A stretch of DNA of 64,000 nucleotides, taken from Macrostomum lignano. Its lineage: Eukaryota. Numbering within the stretch: the stretch's first letter is position 1; the number at the start of each line of letters is the position of its first letter. The stretch lies in NCBI GenBank assembly GCA_002269645.1, contig NIVC01000084.1, forward strand, positions 744,001-808,000, in the 5' to 3' direction. A model generated the notes under the pieces. It made no database searches and had not been told where the DNA came from. It saw nothing but the letters and a program-made list of their open reading frames with translations. The position numbers and the translations under genes were made by a program. Of the stretch, positions 24,915 to 37,058 are shown in pieces.

Positions 24915-25750
24915 ATTTTTGGGATCTTTAATCTATGGGGATTTTTGGGATCTTAAATCTATGGGGATTTTTGGGATCTTTAATCTATGGGGATTTGTTG
25001 GAATCTTAAATCTATGGGATATTGAGGATCCTAAATCTATGGAGATTTTCGGGATCTTAAATCTATGGGGATTTTTTAGGATGTTAAATCTCTGGGGATT
25101 TTTTGGAATCTTAAATCTCTGGGGATTTTTGGGATCTTAAATCTCTGGGGATTTTTGGGATCTTAAATCTATGGGGATTTTTTGGAATCTTAAATCTCTG
25201 GGGATTTTTGGGATCTTAAATCTATGGGGATTTTTTGGAATCTTAAATCTATGGGGATTTTCGGGATCTTGAATCTATGGGATATTTGGGATCCTAAATC
25301 TATGGGAATTTTTAGGATCTTAAATCTATGGGAATTTTTAGGATCTTAAATCTATGGGGATTTTTGGGATCTTAAATCTATGGGAATTTTTAGGATCTTA
25401 AATCTATGGGGATTTTCGGGATCTTGAATCTATGGGATATTTGGGATCCTAAATCTATGGGAATTTTTAGGATCTTAAATCTATGGGGATTTTTAGGATC
25501 TTAAATCTATGGGAATTTTTAGGATCTTAAATCTATGGGGATTTTTAGGATCTTAAATCTATGGGGATTTTTAGGATCTTAAATCTATGGGGATTTTTGG
25601 GATCTTAAATCTATGGGGATTTTTAGGATCTTAAATCTATGGGGATTTTTGGGATCCTAAATCTATGGGGATTTTTGGGATCTTAAATCTATGGGGATTT
25701 TCGGGATCTTAAATCTATGGGGATTTTCGGGATCTTAAATCTATGGGGAC
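24915..25750. repeat. Minisatellite, 26-bp unit (gggatcttaaatctatggggattttt), just after the PiT stop codon
   Basis: Tandem units visible. Confidence 0.96.
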
Positions 25751-26734
25751 TTTGATTTTGAATTTGACTTTAATTCAAATCTAGTGATATTCAGGATCCC
25801 AGTCAAATCAAAAGACCTTATTGATAATAAAAATAATGAATGCCAGCTTCCCACAAAAAAAACTAATTAATTAAAGTACATTTTCGCTTCAAATTTAATC
25901 TGTAATGTTTTGGCATGTAATCGCCATTATTTCTTTCGTTTAACTTTCTAAAATTAAAATTATGCGCAAATCGGTAAAAAATCAATTATGTTTTTCTTTT
26001 TGCTAGACAGTAAGTTTCGTATTTTTTAAACTTCTGCTGCAAATAATTTGGAAATCAATCAATCAATCAATTGAACTAACTGTTACTCCACCTGTGTGCA
26101 TTTTAATTGGCTAGATGCATATGCTATTTGATGAGGTTAGATAGTATTTTAGTATATGGAGATGGGATTAGATTGGACGGGATTATGTTAGATGAAGTGA
26201 GACTAGATGGGGTTAGATTCAATGAGGTAAGATTAGATTAGGTTAAATTAGATTGGATTAGATTAGATAAGGTGAGATTATGTTATTCCATCTAATCTTA
26301 TTTAGTCTCACCCAATCTAATCTAAAGTTATAACTGATCATAAATTGACTATTGACACTCTGTTGTCCACCACAGATCGTATCTGCGTAATACTCCTACA
26401 AATAAAAGCATTATCGCGTTAATAAAAATGAGCAAATTTTCTCATCAGCTTGCAAGGCGATGACGTATTTGTTTGAGCGTATGAGCGTTTCTCATTCTTT
26501 GTTTTCCATTTTTATAAGTTAACGGAAATAAACAGATATACACGCAAAAGCGGCTTAACTTGTAAAGCTGCTGTTTCAGAGCTCCGCTTCATTGTGGCTG
26601 ACTTTTGGAAATTTTTGTTTTTTTAGTTTCATATTTCTTTGCCAATCATTACAATAGGTTCTATACTTCATTCTGCAAGTAGAACAAAGAAGGTACATTT
26701 CCACTCTTTGTAACATCTGACCCATTTCCGCTGC

Positions 26735-27265
26735 CTACCAAACATTCCGCTCCCTACCACCCGTTTCCGCTTTTTACCATCCATTTCCACTCCCTACCAT
26801 ATCCCTCCATTTTCGCTCCCTACCATATCCCTGCATTTCCTCTCCCTACCATATCCCTGCATTTCCTCTCCCTACCATATCCCTGCATTTCCGCTCCACC
26901 ATATCCCTGCATTTCCTCTCCCTACCATATCCCTCCATTTTCGCTCCCTACCATATCCCTGCATTTCCGCTCCACCATATCCCTGCATTTCCTCTCCCTA
27001 CCATATCCCTGCATTTCCCCCCTACCATATCCCTGCATTTCCGCTCTCTACCATATCCATCCATTTCCGCTCTCTACCATATCCCTGCATTTCCTCTCCC
27101 TACCATATCCCTCCATCTCTGCTCCCTACCATATCCCTGCATTTCCTCTCTCCCTACCATATCCCTGCATTTCCTCTCTCCCTACCATATCCCTGCATTT
27201 CCTCTCCCTACCATATCCCTGCATTTCCTCTCTCTACCATATCCCTACATTTCCGCTCTCTACCA
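26735..27265. repeat. Minisatellite, 26-bp unit (taccatatccctgcatttcctctccc)
   Basis: Tandem units visible. Confidence 0.93.
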
Positions 27266-27984
27266 CCTATTTCTGATTCTTACCATGAATTTCCAATAAG
27301 TAGTAGTGCCCGAAAATGGTTGTTAGGGAGCGGAACAGACGGTAGGAACGGTATTAGTAAGAAAAAATAACCCGAAAACAAACAGTTGAAATTCAGTTCG
27401 ATTGGGGTTTCGTTCGAATGAGAAAAAAAATCGAGATCTGCGCTTTGTACATATTTTATATTTTTTTTAGAAAAAACCACGAAAATACCTTCAAAACTTG
27501 AAAGTACATGCGTTACTAAAGTTCATTATGCACTGTCAAACCAGCCTTACTACGAGTAGTAGTTCCTTGTGCTTTTTTCTATTAATTCGGAAAAAAAGTT
27601 AAGTTCATCGACAACAGAAAAATAGCTATGCTAGGAGAAATTTATGAATTCAATTCTATTCGATCACAATTCCGACTGCCACTAAATAATCAGGCTCCAA
27701 AAATATTGACAGCGTGTGATGAAAACATCAAAATGTAAATCTGCATCTATTTGAATTAAAAAAACGCCATTGATGATGATAATGAACAAATGATTGGTTA
27801 ACAAAGCTGTACATGTCTACAAAAACCAGCTTAGTTAGCTGCAAATGGGTCAAACAGAACAGGTAAAAACAGAGCCTATTGTAACTGAAGCTTCAGGTTT
27901 GATTGCGAAGTGTAAGCAATGCGTCAGCGACTGAAAAGCTTTAATTAAATGTCAGACAAAAAAGGCAAGTCAGGTGGAAGAAGG

Positions 27985-28380
27985 CGTTGGGGTGGGTGAA
28001 GTAGTGAGGTGGGCGAAGCACTGGGGTAGGCGAAGGAGTGGGGTGGGTGAAGCACGGGTAGGCGAAGGAGTGGGGTGGGTGAAGTACTGGGGTAGGCGAA
28101 GGAGTGGGGTGGGTGAAGCACTGGGGTAGGCGGAGTAGGGTGGGTGCATGAGCGGGGTGGGTGGCGGTTGGTGAAGGAGTGGGGTGGGTGAGGGAGTGAG
28201 GCGGATGAATGAGTGGGGTGGGCGAAGCACTGGGGTAGGCGAAAGAGTGGGGTGGGTGCATGAGCAGGGTGGGTGGTAGTTGGTAAAGGAGTGGGGTGGG
28301 CGAAGCACTGGGGTAGGCGAAAGAGTGGGTTGGGTGCATAAGCGGGGTGGGTGGTGGTTGGTAAAGGAGTGGGGTGGGTG
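27985..28380. repeat. G-rich minisatellite, 34-bp unit (ggggtgggtgaagcactggggtaggcgaaggagt)
   Basis: Tandem units visible; G-tracts give G-quadruplex potential. Confidence 0.9.
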
Positions 28381-28864
28381 CAGCAGTGAGAAATCGATCA
28401 ATTATCTATAACGATTACAGCTAAACAAAAAACTGACTAGCTGCTCAATCTACACTACTAATTGTAAGGGTATAAGTAGACTAGATAGGTGGTTCGACCA
28501 ACCAGCATTTAAAATGTTAGTTGAAGAAAGAAAAACTAAAAGAAGTGCACTGGATCAAGAGACACCAGTGAAAAAGCGCAAAAGAAAAAAGAGAAAGGGA
28601 ACACAAGAGGGCAAAAAGCTCGTTGCGGATGAGGTAAAAATGTGTTAAAAATTACTGACAAGTGTTCGAAAGCAAAAAAGTTCGATGTGACCGAGAGAAA
28701 AAGACAATTCGCAATAAATATTGATTAGCACAAAAATAATTCGCCTTATCCATACGCTTGGATACGAAACTATTTGCTGACATCGACAGGAAAAGACAGA
28801 TTTTAAACAAAAATAATTACTTGTGTGATTTAATGGCAAGTTATCGAATATTGAAATGGCTTTG

Positions 28865-29650
28865 ATATCTATTCAGCGCCAATTTAGAGATCTATTTAAT
28901 GCCAATTTAGAGATCTATTTAATGTCACTTTAGAGATCTATTTAATGCCAATTTAGAGATCTATTTATTGTCAATTTAGAGATCTATTTAATGTCACTTT
29001 AGAGATCTATTTAATGCCAATTTAGAGATCTATTTATTGTCAATTTAGAGATCTATTTAATGTCACTTTAGAGATCTATTTAATGCCAATTTATTTATAG
29101 ATCTATTTAATGCCAATTTAGAGATCTATTTAATGCCAATTTAGAGATCTATTTATTGTCAATTTAGAGATCTATTTAATGTCACTTTAGAGATCTATTT
29201 AATGCCAATTTATTTATAGATCTATTTAATGCCAATTTAGAGATCTATTTAATGCCAATTTATTTATAGATCTATTTAATGCCAATTTAGAGATCTATTT
29301 AATGCCAATTTAGAGATCTATTTAATGTCACATTAGAGATCTATTTAATGCTAATTTATAGATCTATTTAATGCCAATTTAGAGATCTATTCAGCGCCAA
29401 TTCAGAGATCTTTTCAGCGCCAATTCAGAGATCTATTTAATGCCAATTTAGAGATCTATCTAATGCCAATTTAGAGATCTATATTGTCAATTTAGAGATC
29501 TATTCAGCGCCAATTCAGAGATCTATTTAATGCCAATTCAGAGATCTATTCAGCGCCAATTTAGAGATCTATTCAGCGCCAATTCAGAGATCTATTCAGC
29601 GCCAATTTAGAGATCTATTTAATGCCAATTCAGAGATCTATTCAGCGCCA
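28865..29650. repeat. Minisatellite, 23-bp unit (tttagagatctatttaatgccaa)
   Basis: Tandem units visible. Confidence 0.95.
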
Positions 29651-30129
29651 ACCGAGATCATATCAAATAGAAAAACTCGTGAAACACTTGAAGAGAAAGC
29701 GCCAGAAAAGAACTTAAGCAGACAAAAAAGCAAATAGCGGACTATAGGACACGCGCAAAAAAGGACACTGCTTACCAATGCTAGTCACTGGCCATTATTT
29801 ATCCTAGAACATGCAGTTTTAAAAATATATTGTTGCAGAAAATAAAACAATAGACACTGTGCGCGGAACTACCGGGGTTTAGCCTAATTTTAACACAAAA
29901 AGCTAAATTTTGAAGTTTCTCTTTAATCAAAAGTTAGTTAATCACTCGGAGGCGTGAAGCAAATAAAAATAAAGCTGTAAATATTTTTTTCAAAAAACGC
30001 GCAAAAGAACTACTCAGACTAGTAGGCAAACAGAGTTGTTTTAATTGAGAAAATGTTAACAAAAGTTGAAATAAAGAGCTGAGACGATATGTATCGAAAA
30101 AATAAGTTAACAAAGCAGAAATTTCTACA

Positions 30130-30375
30130 CTAGATGAATGCCGAATTGGGCCGAAAGCCGTTAGCGCAGCCTTCGCTCCGACGAAGCGGATGAAGAGCCA
30201 TTGCGCCGACGCCGTCGCTGTCCCCAGCCGCCGTTGTCGACGTCGCTGCGGTCGACATTGTCGGATTGGTCGAAGTAGGTTGGTCCTGGTCCTGTTTGAC
30301 TTCTAGGATGCTGAGAGCAAAGCTCCGCTGCTGTTGATGCTGATGATCTTCGAAGTTCTCTGAATTGAGCGGCAT
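30130..30375 (-). CDS. Probable terminal exon of the DLK-like kinase
   Basis: GC-rich 81-codon ORF directly after aaatcacag|, phase-0 compatible with the donor at 32535. Confidence 0.5.
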   Translation of the reverse strand: MPLNSENFEDHQHQQQRSFALSILEVKQDQDQPTSTNPTMSTAATSTTAAGDSDGVGAMALHPLRRSEGCANGFRPNSAFI

Positions 30376-33300
30376 CTGTGATTTAATTAATAAATAATAA
30401 TTAATTAGCTAATTAGCTAATGAATTAGCAGACAAAGTGACAGATAGTGGCGGAGTGACAGACAGAGTAAAAGATACAAAGTGACAGAGAGACAGACAGA
30501 GTGACAGACAGATAGTGACAGAGTGACAGATAGATAGTGACGGAGTGACAGATAGATAGCGACAGACAGAGTGACAGATAGATAGCGACAGACAGAGTGA
30601 CAGATAGATAGCGACAGACAGAGTGACAGATAGATAGCGACAGACAGAGTGACAGATAGATAGCGACAGACAGAGTGACAGATAGATAGCGACAGACAGA
30701 GTGACAGATAGATAGCGACAGACAGAGTGACAGATAGATAGCGACAGACAGATTGACAGATAGATAGTGACGGAGTGACAGACAGAGTGACAGAGTGACA
30801 GATAGATAGCGACAGACAGAGTGACAGATAGATAGCGACAGACAGATTGACAGATAGATAGTGACGGAGTGACAGACAGTGACAGATAGATAGTGACGGA
30901 GTGACAGTGACAGATAGAATGACAATGACACAATACAATAGAGAATTCCAATCACAAATTCCCTCTACTAGTCCAAAAATAGTAATTGAATTGAGTATAA
31001 AAATACCACACCAGCGCAAAATAACTTTAAGAAGAGCTTTATTACTTGTAGAATGGGCAAACATGTAGACAGTAGGAAGTACAGCAAGGGAGAGTCGAGA
31101 AGAGAACGCATTCCATGATAGGCAATGCAAGCACTGAGACCAGAATCCTATCTGTGCTCTTACCCTCACCCCCAACCTCCGCTGGGGTGAGTCAGTTCAA
31201 TATTCCATGAACTAAACCCATCCCCACCATTGGTTCCCATGGCAGCAGAGCTTGCAGTATAGATCTAACTCTCTGTGATCAACTCTGTTAGGCGCCTGGC
31301 AGGGACCCGGGGCTCACAGCTTCCAGTTTAGCTTAGGCTAGGGGCAGGCAGAATGGCGAATAATCGATGGCGGGGATGGAAAATCTTCCTCTATCCCCTT
31401 AATCTCTCTCTCTCTCCCAGTCCCAGTCCCCAAGTGCAAAAGCAGCAGCGTACACAGAATCCCAAAAACAGCGGATGCAGTCTCTCGCCCAGCAAAAACT
31501 TCCCTTTCCATCTCCCACTCTTCACTCCATGCAGTCAGAATGCGGGTGTGGGATATTTGGGATGCAGAATCAAATTAGTTTTGCCCTCCCGCCAGTCACA
31601 AAATGCTAAGGCGAGAGGGAGAGGAGAAGAGAGTCTGCTTTCTGCAGGCAGACAGGCAAAGCGGCCGCGGGAAGCCGAAAAATAAAAGTGCAAACAGAAC
31701 AAAAAACAGACTGTATGGCTTCCTATTGAACTCGACCAGCTAAGCGGGCTTTGCACCTGGCTTAGCATAGGTCATTTCCTGTTTTGATAAAAAACCGAAG
31801 ATCCTACATAGTCTACATATAAATCATAAATTTATGACACTTTACTACATGCTATAAAATTTGTGTAACATAAAATGTTAAAACAGGCCTTGAAAAAGTC
31901 AATTCTTAGTTACATACATAAGAATGCTTTTCAACCCGGGAAAATTTTCCACATCTAAATAATATCCCTAAACTCTAGGGCATGTTCAATGGAAATTCCC
32001 AAGGTTAAACCCTAGGTGAAATCCTCAACTAAGGAAGATCACAAACTAAAGGGGATTCCCAACAAAAGAGAATTCTTAACAAAGGAGAATCCCCAAAATA
32101 AGGGGAATCCCCAAATAAGGGGGACTCCCAACAAAGTAGAATCCCCAAAATAAGGGGAATTTCCAACAAAGGAGAATCCCCAAAATAAGGAGAACCCCCA
32201 AATAAGGGGAATCCCCAACAAAGTAGAATCCCCAATTAAAGGAATCCCCAACAAAGGAGGATCCCCAAAATAAAGGGAATCTCCAACAAAGGAGAATTCT
32301 TAAAAAGGGGAATCCCCAACAAAGGAAATTACCCAACAAAGGAAATTTCCCAAAATAAGGGAATCCCGAAAAAAGGAGAACCCCCAAAATAAGCGGAATC
32401 CCCCAGCTAAGGGGAATTTTGCAACCAGGAAAAATCTATACATATGTGGAAATCCTTTAATTACGAGATTCCCGCAATGAAACTCAACTCTAAGGAGAAT
32501 CCTTAAACCCTGACTCCCAACAGGTGCTTGCTCACCAAATTAAAGTCGGTAGCCGCGCTGTCCCGCGCCCCGGCGCAGGAGACGGCGTGCCCGGTCCCGG
32601 CCGAGCAGCGGCTGCCGCCTTGCTGTTTAAACTGATCAAACGCGGCCTCTTTATCGCTCAAACTATCCGTCATGTTGTCCTGCAGCTCCCTGGTGAGAAT
32701 CTCAGTGCTTAGCAGCATCGCTGGGCTGGCACCGTTGTTGCCGCGGCTGCCGCCAGCGTAGCTGCTGCCAACATTGCAACCGCTGCTCCGGCTGCTGCTA
32801 CTATTAGCCGTATTAGTACTTGACTGGCTATTATTTTTATTCAATCGCCTGCCGGGTTTCTGACGCAGCTGAGGCAACGAATCAATGCCGTCTTCGTCGA
32901 CGCCAGCATCGGCATGGTCGATCGTCTGAACCGACGCGTCGGCTAGCGATGGCTTGGCAGGCGCCGATCGCTTTGTTGACGGCGCCGTCGGAGGCAGGTA
33001 GCGCCGACGGAGCTCCTCCAGGCTGCCGCGTCGTCGTCGTAGACGCTGATCGCCGGTGCCGCAGGCGGTGAGCAACTGCTTGCAGGATCGGCAGCACTTC
33101 TCCAACATGAGCCGGTGCAGCTCACGGCTCCGGTCCTGAGTAGCTTTAGCCTGCAACAGTAGGCGCAGACGCAGATTAGTCAGATCCATCTGCAGATTAT
33201 CCACCCGGTGCAGCTTCTTCTCATAGTGCTGGCGAATATCGCTGGCGTGCTGCAGCTCCTCACGGCGCTGCCTGATCAGGTCGGCTTCTAGCTTAGCTCT

Positions 33301-35881
33301 CAGATCCTCCTGTCGCATGCTGGACAGAGCCGAGGCAATCTCAGCTGACCAAGCCCGACGAAGTATCCTGAGATCGCCATCGGATAAAATGAGCACATCC
33401 GTGCATCGCATCTCCAATGATTGCCTGATAGTTTTGAATGCCGGACGAGACTTGGCTCGCGGCGACCAGCATGACTCCATTAAGGTGCGCAAGGTGTCGG
33501 GCGTGTGCCTTGGCAATGGCAACGACAGGGTGCCCTGACCGACGCCAAGCACTACCGCCCAACGGTCCACGTTTTTATAGGGGACCTCTTGGAACAGCAG
33601 CTCCCACACGATTACCCCGTAGCTGTACACATCGGCAGCGTAGCCCCAGCTCTCCTGGCGGCACTGCTCTGGCGACATCCAGCGCACTGTGCCGTATAGT
33701 TGCAGCAGGCGGGACGCCACCTGCCGGATGGGGTTGGGGATGGGATAAATAGTCATACTACACACCTGACACCTAGACATAGACCCCTGACAACTAGTCA
33801 TAGACCCCTGACAACTAGTCATAGACCCCTGACAACTAGTCATAGACCCCTGACAACTAGTCATTCACACCTGACAACTAGTCATACACACCTGACAACT
33901 AGTCATAGACCCCTGACAACTAGTCATACACACCTGACTAGTCATAGACCCCTGAAAACTAGTCATACACACCTGACTAGTCATACACACCTGACAACTA
34001 GTCATACACACCTGACAACTAGTCATAGACCCCTGACAGCTAGTCATAGATATCTGAAGACTAGTCATAGGGACATGACAACTAGTCATAGATATCTGAA
34101 GACTAGTCATAGACACATGAAAACTAGTCATATATCTGAAGACTAGTCATAGACACCTGAAAACTAGTCATATATATATCTGAAGACTAGTCATAGACAC
34201 ATGAAAACTAGTTAGGACACACCTGAGGAGAGCTCCTAAGACACCTGAGGAGAACCCATCAGACACTCAAGGAGACACACCTGACAAAAACCCATCACAG
34301 ACACACCTGACAATAACCCATCACAGACAGAATCATGACAGCACAGGCCAATTAAGAAACGCACCTGTCTACTACAGGCCGATCCCTCAAGAGCCGGCAC
34401 CCGAACCAATCCAAAATCGGATATTTTAAGCACGTCTCCATCGCAGACAAGAATATTTGGACTCTTTAAATCGCCGTGTGCAATTTTTCTCTCGTGCAAA
34501 TAGGCCATGCCGCTAGCTAATTGTTTGCACCAGTCTAGCACTTTAGCTGCCGGCAGACAGTCAACTTTACTAGTGTAGAACTCGTACAGATTGCCGAATG
34601 GGCAGTACTCCATCACCAGACAGTTACAGTTAGGCTCCGATACGCATGCGCCAATAAATTGGACAACATGCGGATGACGCAGGTCGCGCAAATGACGCAA
34701 CTCTTGCAGACTGACCTCGGGCGGTTCAGTGAACTTTTTCACTGCCACCTGGAGTGAGAATTTTTTTGCAAATCAGAGTTTATTTCATGCTACAAGTGAT
34801 TTATAATTTTATCAAGCCACAACCAATAGGAGCCAATCACCTCGCCATCCCTACCCCCCTTTATTGAGCCACAATCAATACGAGCCAAGCGTTTCGCTAG
34901 CCCTACCCCCCCCCTCTTTATTGAGCCACAACCAATAGGAGCCAAGCGTCTCGCTAGCCCTACCCCCCTCTTTATTGAGCCACAACCAATAGGAGCCAAG
35001 CGTCTCGCTAGCCCTACCCCCCCCTCTTTATTGAGCCACAACCAATAGGAGTAGGAGCCAAGCGTCTCGCTAGCCCTACCCCCCTCTTTATTGAGCCACA
35101 ACCAATAGGAGCCAAGCACCACGCTAGCCCTACCCCCCCCCTTTATTGAGCCACAACCAATAGGAGCCAAGCGTCTCGCTAGCCCTACCCCCCCCTCTTT
35201 ATTGAGTCACAACCAATAGGAGCCAAGCACCTCGCCATCCCTACCCTTGCCACAACCAATCAGATTAATCAGAGCAAAAAAACAAAATGCGTTAAATTCG
35301 CTGACCTCTTGACCCTTATAAATGCCATAGAACACGGCACCCTGACTGCCGGAGGTTAGAAACTGTAAATCGGAAATGTCCAACATGTCAACAGTCCAGG
35401 GCACGGAGGTGGCCGCGGTGGTGGAACCGACAGCGGCTCCTGAAGCAACCTGAGCATAGGCTCCGCCGTATACGGCAGCCCGTCTGCCCACAATTTGCCA
35501 CATCGGTCGCAGACAGCCTAGCAGACCTTCGAACAGAGTTTTGGATCGACGCGGTTCAGCGGCTACAATCATAGTATCGCAGCGCCTAGCCGCTGAAGCT
35601 TCATCTTGAAGTGTTGGCAAGGATTTCGTATGCTGAATAGCTGCCGCTGCTGCTAATGAAGATATTGTACTCCAACTATCTGGCAGGTCACATGCCAGGT
35701 GCTGCTCTTGCTGTTGTTGCTGTTCCTGCTGCCTTGACTCATCAACCAGATGGTCAGGCCGACTGTGCATCAACTGCAGCTGAGCTGTGAGCCCAGGAAG
35801 CTCATCGTTGGGCTCCGGATTGCACAGCAATGGGGATAAGTCTTGCACAGTACAGAGGCTTAGTTGACACTCGGAAGGCAT
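30130..35881 (-). CDS. MAP3K13: DLK/LZK-type mixed-lineage MAP3K (MAP3K12/13, wallenda/dlk-1 like), complement join(30130..30375,32536..33720,34365..34748,35306..35881)
   Basis: SGSQGAVF...EVAVKK, HGDLKSPNIL, KISDFG, GTVRWMSPE, DVYSYGVIVWELL; DLK-specific zipper RREELQHASDIRQHYEKKL. Introns are GT-AG, phase 0. Start codon and last exon are less certain. Confidence 0.85.
30430..30915. repeat. GACA/GATA-derived minisatellite, 26-bp unit (gacagatagatagcgacagacagagt)
   Basis: Tandem units visible. Confidence 0.93.
32030..32440. repeat. Degenerate minisatellite, about 35-bp unit (ggggaatccccaacaaaggagaatccccaaaataa)
   Basis: Tandem units visible. Confidence 0.88.
32536..33720 (-). CDS. MAP3K13: DLK-like kinase exon 3
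   Basis: Kinase C-lobe and leucine zippers; acceptor GCAG|GTG; probable donor TTG|GTGAGC (otherwise reads to a stop at 32503). Confidence 0.85.
33760..34325. repeat. DLK intron 2 minisatellite, 21-bp unit (acacacctgacaactagtcat)
   Basis: Tandem units visible. Confidence 0.93.
34365..34748 (-). CDS. MAP3K13: DLK-like kinase exon 2
   Basis: VAVKK to DFG; acceptor CCAG|GTG; donor CAG|GTGCGT. Confidence 0.9.
34810..35260. repeat. DLK intron 1 minisatellite, about 54-bp unit
   Basis: ttattgagccacaaccaataggagccaagcgtctcgctagccctaccccc units. Confidence 0.93.
35306..35881 (-). CDS. MAP3K13: DLK-like kinase exon 1
   Basis: PW.V...DISDLQFLTSGSQGAVFYG; donor GAG|GTCAGC; 5' start uncertain. Confidence 0.8.
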
Positions 35882-36309
35882 TCAGTAAGTTCATAATTTT
35901 ACTATGCTCAACAGTTGACAAAAATTTTCACTGTGCAATAATGTAGTATCTCTTTTTTGTTTCTATTTATACAGATCACAATTCTATAAAATAGCAAGCA
36001 TACTCTTTAGACCAATTTCAATAATTTTTTCTGCTACTTTGACTATTATAATAATTATTATGGTCTTGAAAACAAAAATCATGTCTATTAAAACAATATC
36101 CTAACATAAATTTAAGTATAGCAGATATTACATTATGGTTAAATCAAGTATTGATGGTTATGTACTACATATCATAACATAGCATATTACATATACATAA
36201 ATCAATTTCCAAGGCCTATTATTAAACTATATAAACTATTATTATTCTATTAGCTATATTGATTTAAGTCTATTAAACTTCATGACTTTTATATGTTTTT
36301 GCAACTAAT

Positions 36310-37058
36310 TATACATTTTAACAATTTTTTGGACATAAGTGAAGTCAATTTAGTCATTAGCCAGCTCAGTCCTAGAAAAGTGAGTTTGATTTAGTCAGCA
36401 CTTGGGGTTTACCATAGACTATAGTAAAGAAATGAAATCGATTTAGTCAAGTGCCACGTATTTAAACCCTTCCATGACTTGATTTTAGTCAAAGTGAATT
36501 TTATTTAGTCATCATGGCGGCAGCTGCAGGCATTCACAGAGTCACTATCTCTGAGCAAGACGATCTGAAGTGATTGCTAACTTAAGTGGAGTTGCAGCGG
36601 CAGCTAGGCAACAGAAATGCTTCCAACGCACTTGGAATCACTCTGCAAGAACACTGCGCCCGCATTCTAGAGTGTGAGCTGGAGGCCAGTATAGCAGCTG
36701 TGACACAGCCTCACGGCAAAGCCTGGCATTGTGAGAGCCTTAGGTACATACCCCGTTGCATTGCCATGGAAGACATTGTTAATTGAAAAGTGAAGCGTCT
36801 TGTGTCTGTGTTTGTTTGCATTCTTGTTTCACTACTTGTATCTTCTCAAAGCTATAACAACTAAATAAAATTCACTTTGACTTAATAAAAGTTACGAAAG
36901 ATGGATTTAGAGGAACTTGACTAAATCAGTTTCATTTCTTAACCATAGTCTATAGTAAGCCCCAACTACTGACTAAATCAAAACTCACTTTTCTAGAACT
37001 GAGCTGACTAATGACTAAATTAACTTCACTTATGTCCAAAAAAATGTTAAAAGGTATA
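36310..37058. mobile_element. MITE with about 200-bp imperfect terminal inverted repeats, probable TA target duplication (Tc1/mariner-like)
   Basis: Left tatacattttaacaattttttggacataagtgaagt... is the reverse complement of right ...acttcacttatgtccaaaaaaatgttaaaaggtata; similarity runs to about 36510 and 36855. Confidence 0.8.
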
